Positions 1 through 9,487 of a stretch of 64,000 nt of DNA are shown one piece after another. How positions within the stretch are numbered: the stretch's first letter is position 1; the number at the start of each line of letters is the position of its first letter. A program made the translations under genes and the position numbers. The notes under the pieces were generated by a model. That model ran no database searches. It had not been told where the DNA came from and saw only the letters and a program-made list of their open reading frames with translations. This stretch comes from Candidatus Bathyarchaeia archaeon (GTDB lineage Archaea > Thermoproteota > Bathyarchaeia > Bathyarchaeales > Bathycorpusculaceae), in assembly GCA_038883715.1 (NCBI GenBank), contig JAVZLS010000006.1, forward strand, positions 1 through 64,000, read 5' to 3'.

Positions 1-2
1 TT

Positions 3-617
3 GTTGCAAGTCTTTTACTATCACTTTTTTTGGCGGGGTTTATCGCTGATTTAAATTATGGCCTTGCGATGGTTGTTGCAGAATTGCTTCTTGCTGTTGT
101 TCCGTTCGGATATATGCTTTCAAAGAAAATAGACATTAAAAAATACGTTAGGTTTGAGCTTAACCCACGAAACATCTTATTGGGCGTAGCCGTCGGCTCT
201 CTTCTCGTCTATTTTGATTTTCTCATAGTGGTCGCGTTGACGTCTCTATTTGGTCCGAGTAAAGCTGTTGAAGAAAGCAATAGAAGAGTAGCTGAAATGA
301 CTAGCTCTGTTGATGGATTAATCTTTGTTGCCGTCACTCTAATTTCGGCGGGAGTATGTGAAGAATTCGCTTTTAGGGGCTTTCTGCAAACCGCTATGAG
401 CAGCAAGTACCCATCGTGGATGGCTTTAATTGCATCTGCCTTCGCGTTTGGTCTTCTTCTCCACTTTGACCCGCAAGGAGTTTACATAATTGCCGCATTT
501 CTAATAGGGCTTGTGTTGGGTCTTGTCTATCACTTGTCGCGTTCCTATACCGTTTGTGCAACCGCCCACGCAACACTAAACCTTATAATTTTAGTATTAA
601 CACTTCTCCAGCGATAA
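3..617 (+). CDS. CPBP/CAAX-family intramembrane metalloprotease (5'-partial)
   Basis: EEFAFRG, FGLLLH and HATLN motifs in a multi-TM protein; frame is open to the window edge. Confidence 0.85.
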   Translation, partial: VASLLLSLFLAGFIADLNYGLAMVVAELLLAVVPFGYMLSKKIDIKKYVRFELNPRNILLGVAVGSLLVYFDFLIVVALTSLFGPSKAVEESNRRVAEMTSSVDGLIFVAVTLISAGVCEEFAFRGFLQTAMSSKYPSWMALIASAFAFGLLLHFDPQGVYIIAAFLIGLVLGLVYHLSRSYTVCATAHATLNLIILVLTLLQR

Positions 618-620
618 ATT

Positions 621-1484
621 TCAACTACCTATTTTTGTAATCTCAAGGCTTACATCCAACGCTTTTGGACTGTCGGTTATTTCGCCAAGACTTACAATGT
701 CCACTCCCGTTGACACATATTCAACAATGTTTTCAGCTGTTATTCCTCCGCTTGCCTCCAACAAAACTTTTCCTAAAAAGCCAGCTTTTTCTAGCTTTTT
801 AACAGCCTTTTTTATTTGGTTTGGCGAAAAGTTGTCCAGCATTATTATGTCTGCTCCGGCTTTAGCAGCTGCCAAAGCCTCCTTAACGTTTGATACTTCA
901 ACTTCGACCTTTTTGCTGAAAGAGGCTTTTTCCTTAGCGGTTCTAATAGCCCTTTCAACGCTTCCAGCAATTTTGATGTGATTGTCTTTTATTAGAATCA
1001 TGTCGTCCAAGTGAAGTCTATGGGTGTTGCCTCCGCCCACAGAGACCGCTTTTTTATCAAAGTACAGCAGTCCGGGTGCTGTTTTTCGCGTACATGCAAT
1101 TATGGTTTTGTGACCAGCCTTTCTGACTTTTTCAACGAGTTTTCGTGTGGTTGTGGCTATGCCGCTCATTCTTGAAATAATGTTTAGCAGTGTCCGCTCA
1201 ACAGCCAATATTGTTCTGGCATCGCCGTAAATTTTCATAAGCACCTTTTTTGGCTTTATCTCTTCCCCGTCCTTAACTATAGCTTCAAATTTCAAGCCGA
1301 GGCTTTCTAGAAGGACTCCCGCCTCTTCGACTCCAGCAACTACACCGCTTTCTTTCGCTATTATGTCTGCTTCGGCTTTGCACTTTTCTGGTACTATTAG
1401 GGTTGAAGTTATGTCTCCTTGTCCAATGTCTTCAGCTAATATTTGCCTAAGCTTTTCCTCCAAAATTTTCTTTGGCAAGAACAT
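621..1484 (-). CDS. nadC: Nicotinate-nucleotide pyrophosphorylase (quinolinate phosphoribosyltransferase)
   Basis: EDIGQGDITS, TRKTAPG, HRLHLDDMILIKDNH, IMLDNF, EASGGIT motifs. Confidence 0.95.
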   Translation of the reverse strand: MFLPKKILEEKLRQILAEDIGQGDITSTLIVPEKCKAEADIIAKESGVVAGVEEAGVLLESLGLKFEAIVKDGEEIKPKKVLMKIYGDARTILAVERTLLNIISRMSGIATTTRKLVEKVRKAGHKTIIACTRKTAPGLLYFDKKAVSVGGGNTHRLHLDDMILIKDNHIKIAGSVERAIRTAKEKASFSKKVEVEVSNVKEALAAAKAGADIIMLDNFSPNQIKKAVKKLEKAGFLGKVLLEASGGITAENIVEYVSTGVDIVSLGEITDSPKALDVSLEITKIGS

Positions 1485-1535
1485 ACTTTCAACCCTCTGG
1501 ATGAGGCTAAAAAAGCATTTACCTCTCAGCCTATT

Positions 1536-2714
1536 TCAACTTTTGTCTGCCAAATCAATTATCATTTGGGTGGCTTTTTCTAATCCATCATATCTTAAAA
1601 TTTCAGCTTGAACTTGTTCAACTTTTTCCATGTTGTTTGCTGTAAGGGTTTGTTCGACAGTTTTTAGTAGTTTATTTAGGCTTAGATTTTCTTGCTGAAT
1701 GACTTTTGCAATGCCAATTTTCTTGGCTTGGACGGCGTTGTTTATCTGCTCTGTATGGTTCGGCGTGGGCACCAAAATCATAGGTTTGCCGTAACACATG
1801 CACTGGGTTATTGTGCCGTGTCCAGCGCGGCTTATAACCAAGTCACAAGCCTTCAAGTATTCGAAACGGTTTTGAATCCACTTGTAAATTGTTAAGTTGC
1901 CATGGCGTATAGACGTGGTGTCCGCGTTTGGATAACCCATTGACAAAACAGCTTCATAATACTCAGGAAACTTCATCAAAATTTTCCTTAAAATTCCAAT
2001 GAAAAATGCCTTCTCTTTGACGCTGCCGCTGATGGGTGCAAAAATGACAGCCTTATTTTGGGGTAAATTTAGCCTTTTTCGGATGACACTTTTATCCGGC
2101 AATTTTTCCGGGCGAACGGGCAAAATGGGTCCTATAAGGTGTACCTTTTTCCGGTAAGCTTTTGGAATGTTGAGGTTGCCAGCGCAAACAGTGTAAGGTT
2201 GGGGAAAATCCGGTATTAAGACAGTGTTTCCGCTTGCCCATATTTTCCCAATTATTGCAAGGGTGATGGAGTCCGCAAATCTCGCCAGCCTTAGGAAGCG
2301 TTTTCTCCGCGGTATTATTGGTTGGAACTGGTTTAAAATGCAAATTCTCGGTTTTCTCAGAATTTTTGCCGCCAGCAGCGGAGAAACGCGGGAATCCGAT
2401 ACAACAATGTCTGGGTTAAAATTTCCGATGGCATGTAGTTCAGCGTCTATCTGCCTCATTAACGTGAAAGAGGCGAGAAATGGTCCCGGATTTATGGCTG
2501 TTTGCTTAAAATCTATTGTTCCGTCTGGTTTTACTTGGAAACCTATTGGCGGGGCTTTAAATAAAGGGAATTTTTCTTGTTGGATGTAGGGTATTCCTTC
2601 ACGGTATGTTGAAAATATTACTTGGGCTTTTTGTTCCTGAAGTCTTTTGGCTATTGGTATGCATCTTCCAACATGTCCTAGTCCTATGCCGCATGGGGCG
2701 AAGTAAACCCGCAT
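1536..2714 (-). CDS. GT28/MurG-like glycosyltransferase
   Basis: N-terminal GIGLGHVGR and C-terminal ISRAGHGT...PNHTEQ..NA motifs; ATG at 2714 lies just after the AMMECR1 stop. Confidence 0.8.
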   Translation of the reverse strand: MRVYFAPCGIGLGHVGRCIPIAKRLQEQKAQVIFSTYREGIPYIQQEKFPLFKAPPIGFQVKPDGTIDFKQTAINPGPFLASFTLMRQIDAELHAIGNFNPDIVVSDSRVSPLLAAKILRKPRICILNQFQPIIPRRKRFLRLARFADSITLAIIGKIWASGNTVLIPDFPQPYTVCAGNLNIPKAYRKKVHLIGPILPVRPEKLPDKSVIRKRLNLPQNKAVIFAPISGSVKEKAFFIGILRKILMKFPEYYEAVLSMGYPNADTTSIRHGNLTIYKWIQNRFEYLKACDLVISRAGHGTITQCMCYGKPMILVPTPNHTEQINNAVQAKKIGIAKVIQQENLSLNKLLKTVEQTLTANNMEKVEQVQAEILRYDGLEKATQMIIDLADKS

Positions 2715-2718
2715 GAGT

Positions 2719-3351
2719 CTATTTCCCGCCGAGGGTTTTCCGCCTGATTTCACCTCTTGGCTTTTCTTCCTCAAAGATTATGGCTTGAAACTTGTAGACT
2801 TTCGTGCCTTTCATAAGCCAACAGTCTGGGGGCAAACCAGCCTTCACGCAACATTGGCATAGGAATTCTTCCTCATCCCAGTTCCATTCCACCGGTACTT
2901 GTGGCAGAAGAAGCCCTTTGTAAATTCCTCTTTCAATAATTAGCCCGTCTACACCGACTTTTATTTTGGATGGATACTCGTTTGGTTTTTCAACTTCAAC
3001 AAGTTGTGGCGGAGTTAATATACTTACCTCGAAAATAACCTTGTCCAACTCGCTTATGGAGAGGGGATAAAATCTCGGGTCTTGGGTTGCTGAGCTTATG
3101 GCGGATTCTATAACCGCTTTAGCTAGAGGCGTTGTCGGATATGGAAGCCCTATACATCCCCGCAGTTCCTTTTCTCCATTTTCAATGCTGTTTATTGTTA
3201 CGAACACGCCGCATGGTTGCAGCAATTTTTCCGGCATGCCTTCTGGGACGCGTATACGCTTTTTTGTTTTTAGGTATTCTTCTACGGCGTCGCGAGCAAG
3301 TTTGACGAGAATTTTGCCCTCTTCTAGGCTTAAATCGAAAGACAAGCGCAT
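2719..3351 (-). CDS. AMMECR1-domain protein (TIGR00296-like)
   Basis: GVFVT, LRGCIG, DPRF, GLLLPQV motifs. Confidence 0.92.
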   Translation of the reverse strand: MRLSFDLSLEEGKILVKLARDAVEEYLKTKKRIRVPEGMPEKLLQPCGVFVTINSIENGEKELRGCIGLPYPTTPLAKAVIESAISSATQDPRFYPLSISELDKVIFEVSILTPPQLVEVEKPNEYPSKIKVGVDGLIIERGIYKGLLLPQVPVEWNWDEEEFLCQCCVKAGLPPDCWLMKGTKVYKFQAIIFEEEKPRGEIRRKTLGGK

Positions 3352-3380
3352 TTATCCCCGGTTTTAATGGCTATTTTGTT

Positions 3381-4001
3381 TTAGAATTTTATTGATTCCT
3401 CGCGGGCTCCATCCTTTGTTATGAATAGGAAGTCTATGCCGTCGCCGCTCATTATGTCCCTGCTTATAGCGGATTTTATCGCTCTAACGACCAGTTCTCT
3501 GCCTTCCTCCATGCTTAAGCCTTCCCTATAACTTTCCTCGAGGACGCCCATGGCGATTTCTGTACCTGAACCCACAACGGCAAACTTGTCTGGTATAACT
3601 GAGCCCAAAACGTCTAGCACATAAAGGGAAGCGCCTTCGTCGTCTAATCCTCCAACAATCGTTTGGGTTATTAATGGCGCTAACCTATTGGCAAAGAGTA
3701 AGTTTGACATGAGTTTGGCGGCTGACCTAACAGACATTGGTCTTCCAACATCCATGCTGTATAAGTTTGCATAAGCTTCAACTTCACGTATCAAAATTTG
3801 CATGTCTGAAACCAGCCCCGCACATGCCGCGCCAATATGGTCTGTTATTTTGAAGACCTTCTTTCCACCTCTGCTCACAACCAAATATCCATATGAAACC
3901 CTCTTTTCAGAGGCGAGGATGACGCCGTCTTTGCAAACTATGCCCACGGTTGTAGCGCCTGGAACCCATAGGTATTGGGGCATTTGCCCTTCCTTTTCCA
4001 C
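3381..4001 (-). CDS. psmB: Proteasome beta subunit (probably non-catalytic type)
   Basis: TTVGIVCKDGVILASEKR, GSG and RDIMSGDG motifs; GTG start at 4001 with AGGTGA SD. Confidence 0.92.
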   Translation of the reverse strand: MEKEGQMPQYLWVPGATTVGIVCKDGVILASEKRVSYGYLVVSRGGKKVFKITDHIGAACAGLVSDMQILIREVEAYANLYSMDVGRPMSVRSAAKLMSNLLFANRLAPLITQTIVGGLDDEGASLYVLDVLGSVIPDKFAVVGSGTEIAMGVLEESYREGLSMEEGRELVVRAIKSAISRDIMSGDGIDFLFITKDGAREESIKF

Positions 4002-4117
4002 GCTGCTTTCACCTTTCCACGTGATATGCGAGCACAACCTATTAAACTTAATGTCTCATAAGCTCTGCAAAGCTAAATAACCACCAACACCATAACATCG
4101 CTGGGAAGGCATGGAAC

Positions 4118-4729
4118 ATGATAAACTTGTATTCGAAGCTTTATGACAATGTATGGTTTTGGGTGGCATACAATGACAAAAGCGTTTTCGCCACAGCTTT
4201 TTCGACAAACAGGGAACAGGTTCTTCGCAGTTTATTAGCAAGCATTCCATTTGATATTCCCTTCCAATATGCTGAAGAGGGAACATTCCTTGCCGAACGA
4301 GTGCTTGCCACATTAAGGGACATCTATAATGGCAAGGACGTGGATAACAAGTTTTCCCTAAACATGGAACCTTTGTCCGATTATATGCAAAAGGTTTTGA
4401 AGGCTACTGCTAAGATTCCGGCGGGCTATGTGACTTCTTATGGAGCAATTGCGAAGGCTGTTGGTGGAAGCTCTAGGGCTGTTGGGCGGGCTATGGCTTT
4501 AAACCCATTTCCACTGCTCATTCCATGTCATAGAGTTGTTGCTTCAGACTTTTCTCTTGGCGGATATGGAGGAGGCTTGCAAGTCAAGCTGGAAATATTA
4601 AGCCGCGAGAAAAGGGGATACAACAAAGAGGAGGAAATATCCATTGACGGAAGAAGGCTGAAAATTTTCCCCGTAGAGCTTGTCTTGGAAAGAGTTTCAA
4701 AGGAAAACGTAAAGTTTAAACATAAATAA
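4118..4729 (+). CDS. ogt: Methylated-DNA--protein-cysteine methyltransferase
   Basis: IPAGYVTSYG, RAVG, NPFPLLIPCHRVV active-site motif. Confidence 0.92.
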   Translation: MINLYSKLYDNVWFWVAYNDKSVFATAFSTNREQVLRSLLASIPFDIPFQYAEEGTFLAERVLATLRDIYNGKDVDNKFSLNMEPLSDYMQKVLKATAKIPAGYVTSYGAIAKAVGGSSRAVGRAMALNPFPLLIPCHRVVASDFSLGGYGGGLQVKLEILSREKRGYNKEEEISIDGRRLKIFPVELVLERVSKENVKFKHK

Positions 4730-4768
4730 TAAAAATCGAAAGGCTAATTTACTGAGAAGAGTGGTTTC

Positions 4769-5293
4769 ATGATAAAGCGTGGTCTTTTTGTTGGAAGGTT
4801 TCAGCCCTTTCATAAGGGACACCTTAATGTTGTGAAAGATATTTTGAAGGAGGTTGACGAGCTGGTTATCGTTGTTGGCAGCGCACAGTACAGCCACCGC
4901 ATTGATAATCCTTTCACAACCGGCGAGAGGCTTGTCATGATTCGGAGGGCTTTGGAAGAGGCTGGGATAGATTTGGGTCGTATATGGATTGTGCCTGTTC
5001 CTGACATCCACATACATATGATTTGGGTTTCGGCTGTTGAGGGTTATGCGCCACGCTTTGATGTTGTTTACTCCAACGAGCCTTTAACACGGAGACTTTT
5101 CATAGAAGCTGGCTACGAGGTTAAGTCAATACGCTTCCATAGACGCAAGGTCTATTCCGCCACTGAAATAAGAGAGAGGATGCTGAAAGACGGAAACTGG
5201 GAGGAACTCGTCCCAAAAAGTGTGGCTCAATTAATAAAAGAGATTGGCGGCGTCGAAAGGCTTAAAGACTTAACTAAGAGCGATAAAGTATAA
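4769..5293 (+). CDS. nadM: Nicotinamide-nucleotide adenylyltransferase
   Basis: GRFQPFHKGH, GSAQYSH, NPFT, SATEIR motifs. Confidence 0.93.
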   Translation: MIKRGLFVGRFQPFHKGHLNVVKDILKEVDELVIVVGSAQYSHRIDNPFTTGERLVMIRRALEEAGIDLGRIWIVPVPDIHIHMIWVSAVEGYAPRFDVVYSNEPLTRRLFIEAGYEVKSIRFHRRKVYSATEIRERMLKDGNWEELVPKSVAQLIKEIGGVERLKDLTKSDKV

Positions 5294-6065
5294 CCTTGTC
5301 CCCAACCTTAACCTTAAACATTTCAGCGGCACTTCCCTGGTTTACCGATATCTCTAGAAAGTCGTGGCTGCCAATTAGCGCTAGCGGCTTTTTGGCTTCT
5401 ACCTCGGCATAAGCCTTGCAGAGCCTCAGCCTACATGTGGTTTCTCCAATTTTTATGTTCAAACTCTTCCTTATTCCAAGACATTCCAGCTCTTTCAGCG
5501 CGAAGTTTGTAATGATGTTACCGAAACCGTCCACGTGGATGATTTCGCCAACTAGTGTTGAGCCTTTCCTAACAATTTTTGCAAATTGTGGTTTCACAAT
5601 TCTGCGGATTTCCGGTCCAAACTCTGATGGTGGAACGCCTTTTGATAGGTGGGCGGCTGCTGGAGCAAAAATGTCTCTTCCATGGAAAGTTGTTGAAACC
5701 TTGGGGAGCATGTATTTGGGATTAGCTATTTCGTAAACATGCTTTATGCCCTGTTTCTCGGCTGCCAAGGCTAAGACGCCGTTGTCTGGTCCTACGAAAA
5801 AGCCGCTTTCTGTCTCTACCAAAATTGGTTTACGTTTTGTCCCAACACCCGGATCTACGACAGCAACATGTATTGTGCCTTCTGGGAAGTATGGCGCCGC
5901 GCTTGCTAAAATGTACGCGCCCATTCTTATGTTGAACTTTTCTATTTGGTGGCTTATGTCAACTATTTGCACGGAGGGGTTTATGCCTAAAATAACTGCC
6001 TTAATCTCCGCCACATAGGGGTCTGCAAGCCCAAAATCTGTCGTCAATGTTATGAAAGGAGTCAT
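5274..6065 (-). CDS. SAM hydroxide adenosyltransferase / DUF62 family
   Basis: ITLTTDFG, VVDPGVG, GPDNG, TFHGRDIF, DGFGN motifs. Confidence 0.92.
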   Translation of the reverse strand: MTPFITLTTDFGLADPYVAEIKAVILGINPSVQIVDISHQIEKFNIRMGAYILASAAPYFPEGTIHVAVVDPGVGTKRKPILVETESGFFVGPDNGVLALAAEKQGIKHVYEIANPKYMLPKVSTTFHGRDIFAPAAAHLSKGVPPSEFGPEIRRIVKPQFAKIVRKGSTLVGEIIHVDGFGNIITNFALKELECLGIRKSLNIKIGETTCRLRLCKAYAEVEAKKPLALIGSHDFLEISVNQGSAAEMFKVKVGDKVILYRS

Positions 6066-6221
6066 TGCTACTTCACTGTATTCAGTCTCGTTGGTTAAAT
6101 TTTGTGATATTGTACAATTTATTTATATGCGAGTTGCAGCCAGCATTTTTCAAAAGCTTGCCAGCCGTGAGGAGCGCATTTGCGAAACTCCGGAAACATA
6201 AAAAAGCGAAGATTAGTGACG

Positions 6222-6950
6222 ATGGACACGCGAAGTTTGGCTTTAGTTATCAGCTTTTCAGCATTATACGCGGTTTTCTGTGTATTTCCAATATTCCAAA
6301 TTATTGGTTTGCCTAGCAAAGCCATAACGGCAGCAGCGATCATGGCACCAGTTATCGGCATGATTCTCGGACCCTATCTTGGGGCATTTTCAACAATAAT
6401 TGGCGGGGTAATTGGATTATTTACGGGGTTCTTCTCCCACATGAGTCTTGTTGCTGGAGTCGCCGCCTCCCTTTGCGCCGGCTTCCTATACACTGGTAGG
6501 CGAGATTTGTGCGCCCTGACTTATTTCTCGCTCCTATTCCTTTTCGGCTTCTGCCCCTTTGTTGGGCCGGTCTGGCTTTACCCATTATTAATGTGGTTTC
6601 AGATTTTGGGCTTCATAATTCTAATTTCTCCAGTGCAGTCCACAGCTTTAAGAAACATGAAGCATGCGAAAAGCAACAATATGCACATTTTTGGCTTTTT
6701 CACAACATTTCTTGTCTCTACGCTGGCCGGGCAAATTGCCGGCTCGCTTATGTTCGAATTATCTTTCTGGCCATTATTCACAGCTGACGTTAACGCCATA
6801 GGAGGGTACTGGCAAATTGTCACTTTTCTGTACCCCATTGAAAGGGTCATTATAGCTTTAGTTTCAACTTTCATAGGTGCTGGATTGTACAAAGCCCTAA
6901 AACTAGGAAACGTTGGACAAGGCATCTTCAAGGCTCAGTTTTTGGCTTAA
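6222..6950 (+). CDS. Membrane protein, ECF-transporter S-component-like
   Basis: Multiple TM helices; APVIGMILGPYLG pattern typical of S components. Confidence 0.55.
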   Translation: MDTRSLALVISFSALYAVFCVFPIFQIIGLPSKAITAAAIMAPVIGMILGPYLGAFSTIIGGVIGLFTGFFSHMSLVAGVAASLCAGFLYTGRRDLCALTYFSLLFLFGFCPFVGPVWLYPLLMWFQILGFIILISPVQSTALRNMKHAKSNNMHIFGFFTTFLVSTLAGQIAGSLMFELSFWPLFTADVNAIGGYWQIVTFLYPIERVIIALVSTFIGAGLYKALKLGNVGQGIFKAQFLA

Positions 6951-7698
6951 GACCGCTCATGAAAATGCACTGTTCTGGCGGTATAGCCATATCCTTCGGG
7001 CCATAAACTCCGTCGTCAAAGCTTATGGGCGCTTCTTTAATTAGAACCGCCGGGATTGCTTCTGAAGTCTCCCCCATTAGAAGGTGCGCGGCCGAAGCCA
7101 AGTCATCTGCAACAGCATGCAACGTAATAGCTAATTTTTTCCCAAAAATGTCCTTTTTGCCTCTGCAATCCACGACTGGTTTGAAACCGGCGGTGGCTAA
7201 GGCTAATCCTGTTGTGCCAAGCCTTAATGGTCTTAAGCCACTATCAACGATTAAAACCGCAATCTTCTTTCCAGTTTTGTGCATTAATTCTTCCCTAATG
7301 TTTCTCGCACATTTCTCCGGATTTTTAGGCCATAAGACAACAGCGCCGTAAGGAGCGTTTTTATTATCTATCCCAGCATTCGGCGCCAAGACCCCGTTTT
7401 TAAGTGTTAAGACAGCCTTTTCCTCTCCACCGCAGATTTCCTCCGCTTCTTGCATAATCAGTTCGGCAAGTTCTGGTGTTATAGCGTATTTGTTGGCCAG
7501 TTTTTCAGCTTTTTCAGATGGTCTAACTTTTCCTAACTCCACTACACGGTTTTCTGCGCAGGCTATGACTTTTGATGTCAACGCCAAGACATCCTTGTCT
7601 TCAAATTTCAGCCCTTGCTTTTCCATCGCTTTTAAGATGATTTCAACTATGTTGTCTCCTCTTTTTATAACATCAGTCTTAATTGGGAAAAGTTTCAA
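6928..7698 (-). CDS. cofE: Coenzyme F420-0:L-glutamate ligase (CofE) family protein
   Basis: DVLALTSKV, NAGIDNKN, DS.LRPLRLG, AVADDLASAA.LLMGE motifs; TTG start. Confidence 0.8.
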   Translation of the reverse strand: MKLFPIKTDVIKRGDNIVEIILKAMEKQGLKFEDKDVLALTSKVIACAENRVVELGKVRPSEKAEKLANKYAITPELAELIMQEAEEICGGEEKAVLTLKNGVLAPNAGIDNKNAPYGAVVLWPKNPEKCARNIREELMHKTGKKIAVLIVDSGLRPLRLGTTGLALATAGFKPVVDCRGKKDIFGKKLAITLHAVADDLASAAHLLMGETSEAIPAVLIKEAPISFDDGVYGPKDMAIPPEQCIFMSGLKPKTEP

Positions 7699-7702
7699 AG
7701 GC

Positions 7703-7987
7703 TTATCCTCCGTGGGAAACTGGAATTAAAACCACTTCATCCCCGTCTTTAAGGACTGTTTCTAAACCCTTTAAGACGCTGATTTCGCGGCCATTCACAA
7801 TTATTAGGGTGTTTGGTCTCGGGTCACCTAGCTCCGGATCGATTAGGACTCTTTCCATTTTTGGGAATTCTTCAGTAATTCGTTTTACGGCTTCCTTGAG
7901 TTGTGCACCTTCACCTAGTTCCAGCGTTACCTTGCCCTTATTTGTTATGTTGCGGAAACTGCCAACAAATCTAATGTTAACCTTCAT
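7703..7987 (-). CDS. MoaD/ThiS/SAMP ubiquitin-like protein
   Basis: 94 aa beta-grasp pattern VNGREI...LKDGDEVVLIP ending in di-Gly. Confidence 0.9.
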   Translation of the reverse strand: MKVNIRFVGSFRNITNKGKVTLELGEGAQLKEAVKRITEEFPKMERVLIDPELGDPRPNTLIIVNGREISVLKGLETVLKDGDEVVLIPVSHGG

Positions 7988-8018
7988 CTTTCTCGGTCCT
8001 TCCCCCTTATGAAGACGC

Positions 8019-9395
8019 CTATAGTACTATTATGACTGAGATGTCGTTAACGTTTGTGCCCGTTGGACCTGTGAAGATTAGGTCGCCGAGCTGAGAAAAG
8101 AAGTTGTAAGAGTTATTGTCGGCTAGGAATTCCTCAGTCTTAAGCCCCGAGGCTTCTGCCTTTACTATTGTTTTTCCGTCGGCTATTGCTCCTGCAGCGT
8201 CTGTTGGTCCATCCACCCCATCAGTGCTTAATGAAGCTATAACGACGCCTTCAAAGCCTTTAATTTTCAGCGAGGCCGCCAATGCTATTTCTTGGTTTCT
8301 TCCACCCTTGCCTTTTCCAGCAACTGTAACTGTTGTCTCACCGCCAGCCACTATGCCAGCAGGCTTTTTAACTGGGTTGCCGGATGCCAAAATTTCTCGA
8401 GCTAGCGAAGCCAGCATTGTTCCAACATGTCTTGCTTCACCTTCGAGAAGCGATGTTAACAGAAGCGTATTCAAACCTTCTGATTGTAGGGTTTCACATG
8501 CAGTCATGCTTGCGGCTCTGTTGTTTCCAATAACGACGTTGAAAACCTTTTTGAAGATTTCGTCACCAGTCTTCGGCGTTTCTGAGATAAGCCCTTTCTC
8601 CCCATCCGTTAAGACTTTCCTTATTGATTTTGGGGCTTTATCCCACAAACCATATTTCTTTAAGACGTTTATGGCGTCGCTGAAAGTTGTGGAGTCGGGG
8701 ACCGTCGGTCCAGAGGCAATGAAATCCAGCGGGTCGCCTAAAACATCCGATAGGATAAGGTTTAAGATTGTTGCTGGATAAGCCTTCTTAGCAAGCCATC
8801 CGCCCTTAAACTCTGAAATATGCTTCCTAACAGTGTTTATCTCGTTTATTGTGGCGCCACACTTAAGCAGTTCCTCTGTTATCCGCCTCTTATCAGCTAT
8901 TGTTATTTCGCCTCTAGGCATGGGCATTAAGCTGGAGCCACCGCCCGAAATCAAGCATATAATTAAGTCTTCTTCTCCAGCTTTTTCGGCTATTTCTAGC
9001 ATTTTTCTTGTTCCTTCAACTCCGGATTCGTCGGGGATGGGGTGACTTGCTTCGTGAAGTCTAATTATTCCTGTTTTATGCTTGTTCCCTTTTGGAACAT
9101 TTACAAGTCCATCTGTGATTTTGTCACCTAAAACTTCCTCTAAGGCCTCAGCCATTGAGCCGCTTGCCTTCCCTCCACCTATCACATATATGTTCTTGAA
9201 CTTTCCAATGTTGAAAGCTCGCCCGTTAACGTGGAGAATTGAGCCTTCTAGCTTAAGTTTTGATTTAATTAATGATTTTGGGTCTACTGCTTTTATGGCG
9301 GCTTCAAGGCTTTTTAAGGCTAATTCTCTAGCCCTTTTATCGAGAAGTGTCTCGCCGTTCTGAATTAATTGCTCCATATTCTTAATAATCGCCAT
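8019..9395 (-). CDS. Glycerate 2-kinase (MOFRL family)
   Basis: GGGKAS, HPIPD, LISGGGSSL, IASGPT, GGETTV, GGRNQE, TDGVDG, TGTNVND motifs. Confidence 0.93.
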   Translation of the reverse strand: MAIIKNMEQLIQNGETLLDKRARELALKSLEAAIKAVDPKSLIKSKLKLEGSILHVNGRAFNIGKFKNIYVIGGGKASGSMAEALEEVLGDKITDGLVNVPKGNKHKTGIIRLHEASHPIPDESGVEGTRKMLEIAEKAGEEDLIICLISGGGSSLMPMPRGEITIADKRRITEELLKCGATINEINTVRKHISEFKGGWLAKKAYPATILNLILSDVLGDPLDFIASGPTVPDSTTFSDAINVLKKYGLWDKAPKSIRKVLTDGEKGLISETPKTGDEIFKKVFNVVIGNNRAASMTACETLQSEGLNTLLLTSLLEGEARHVGTMLASLAREILASGNPVKKPAGIVAGGETTVTVAGKGKGGRNQEIALAASLKIKGFEGVVIASLSTDGVDGPTDAAGAIADGKTIVKAEASGLKTEEFLADNNSYNFFSQLGDLIFTGPTGTNVNDISVIIVL

Positions 9396-9487
9396 TCGGA
9401 GTACCCTTGTAACTTTTAAGGACGGGGAATCGTAAATGTAATAAGTTAAGCGTTAATAAAGTGTTTTGCACCGCGCAGGTGAACATT

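Noticed and set aside
8116-8781. Long alternative ORFs (also 38646-39329, 36378-36944, 61837-62484, 60832-61356)
   Set aside because: Antisense shadows of well-supported genes, Ser/Pro/Phe-rich with no motifs
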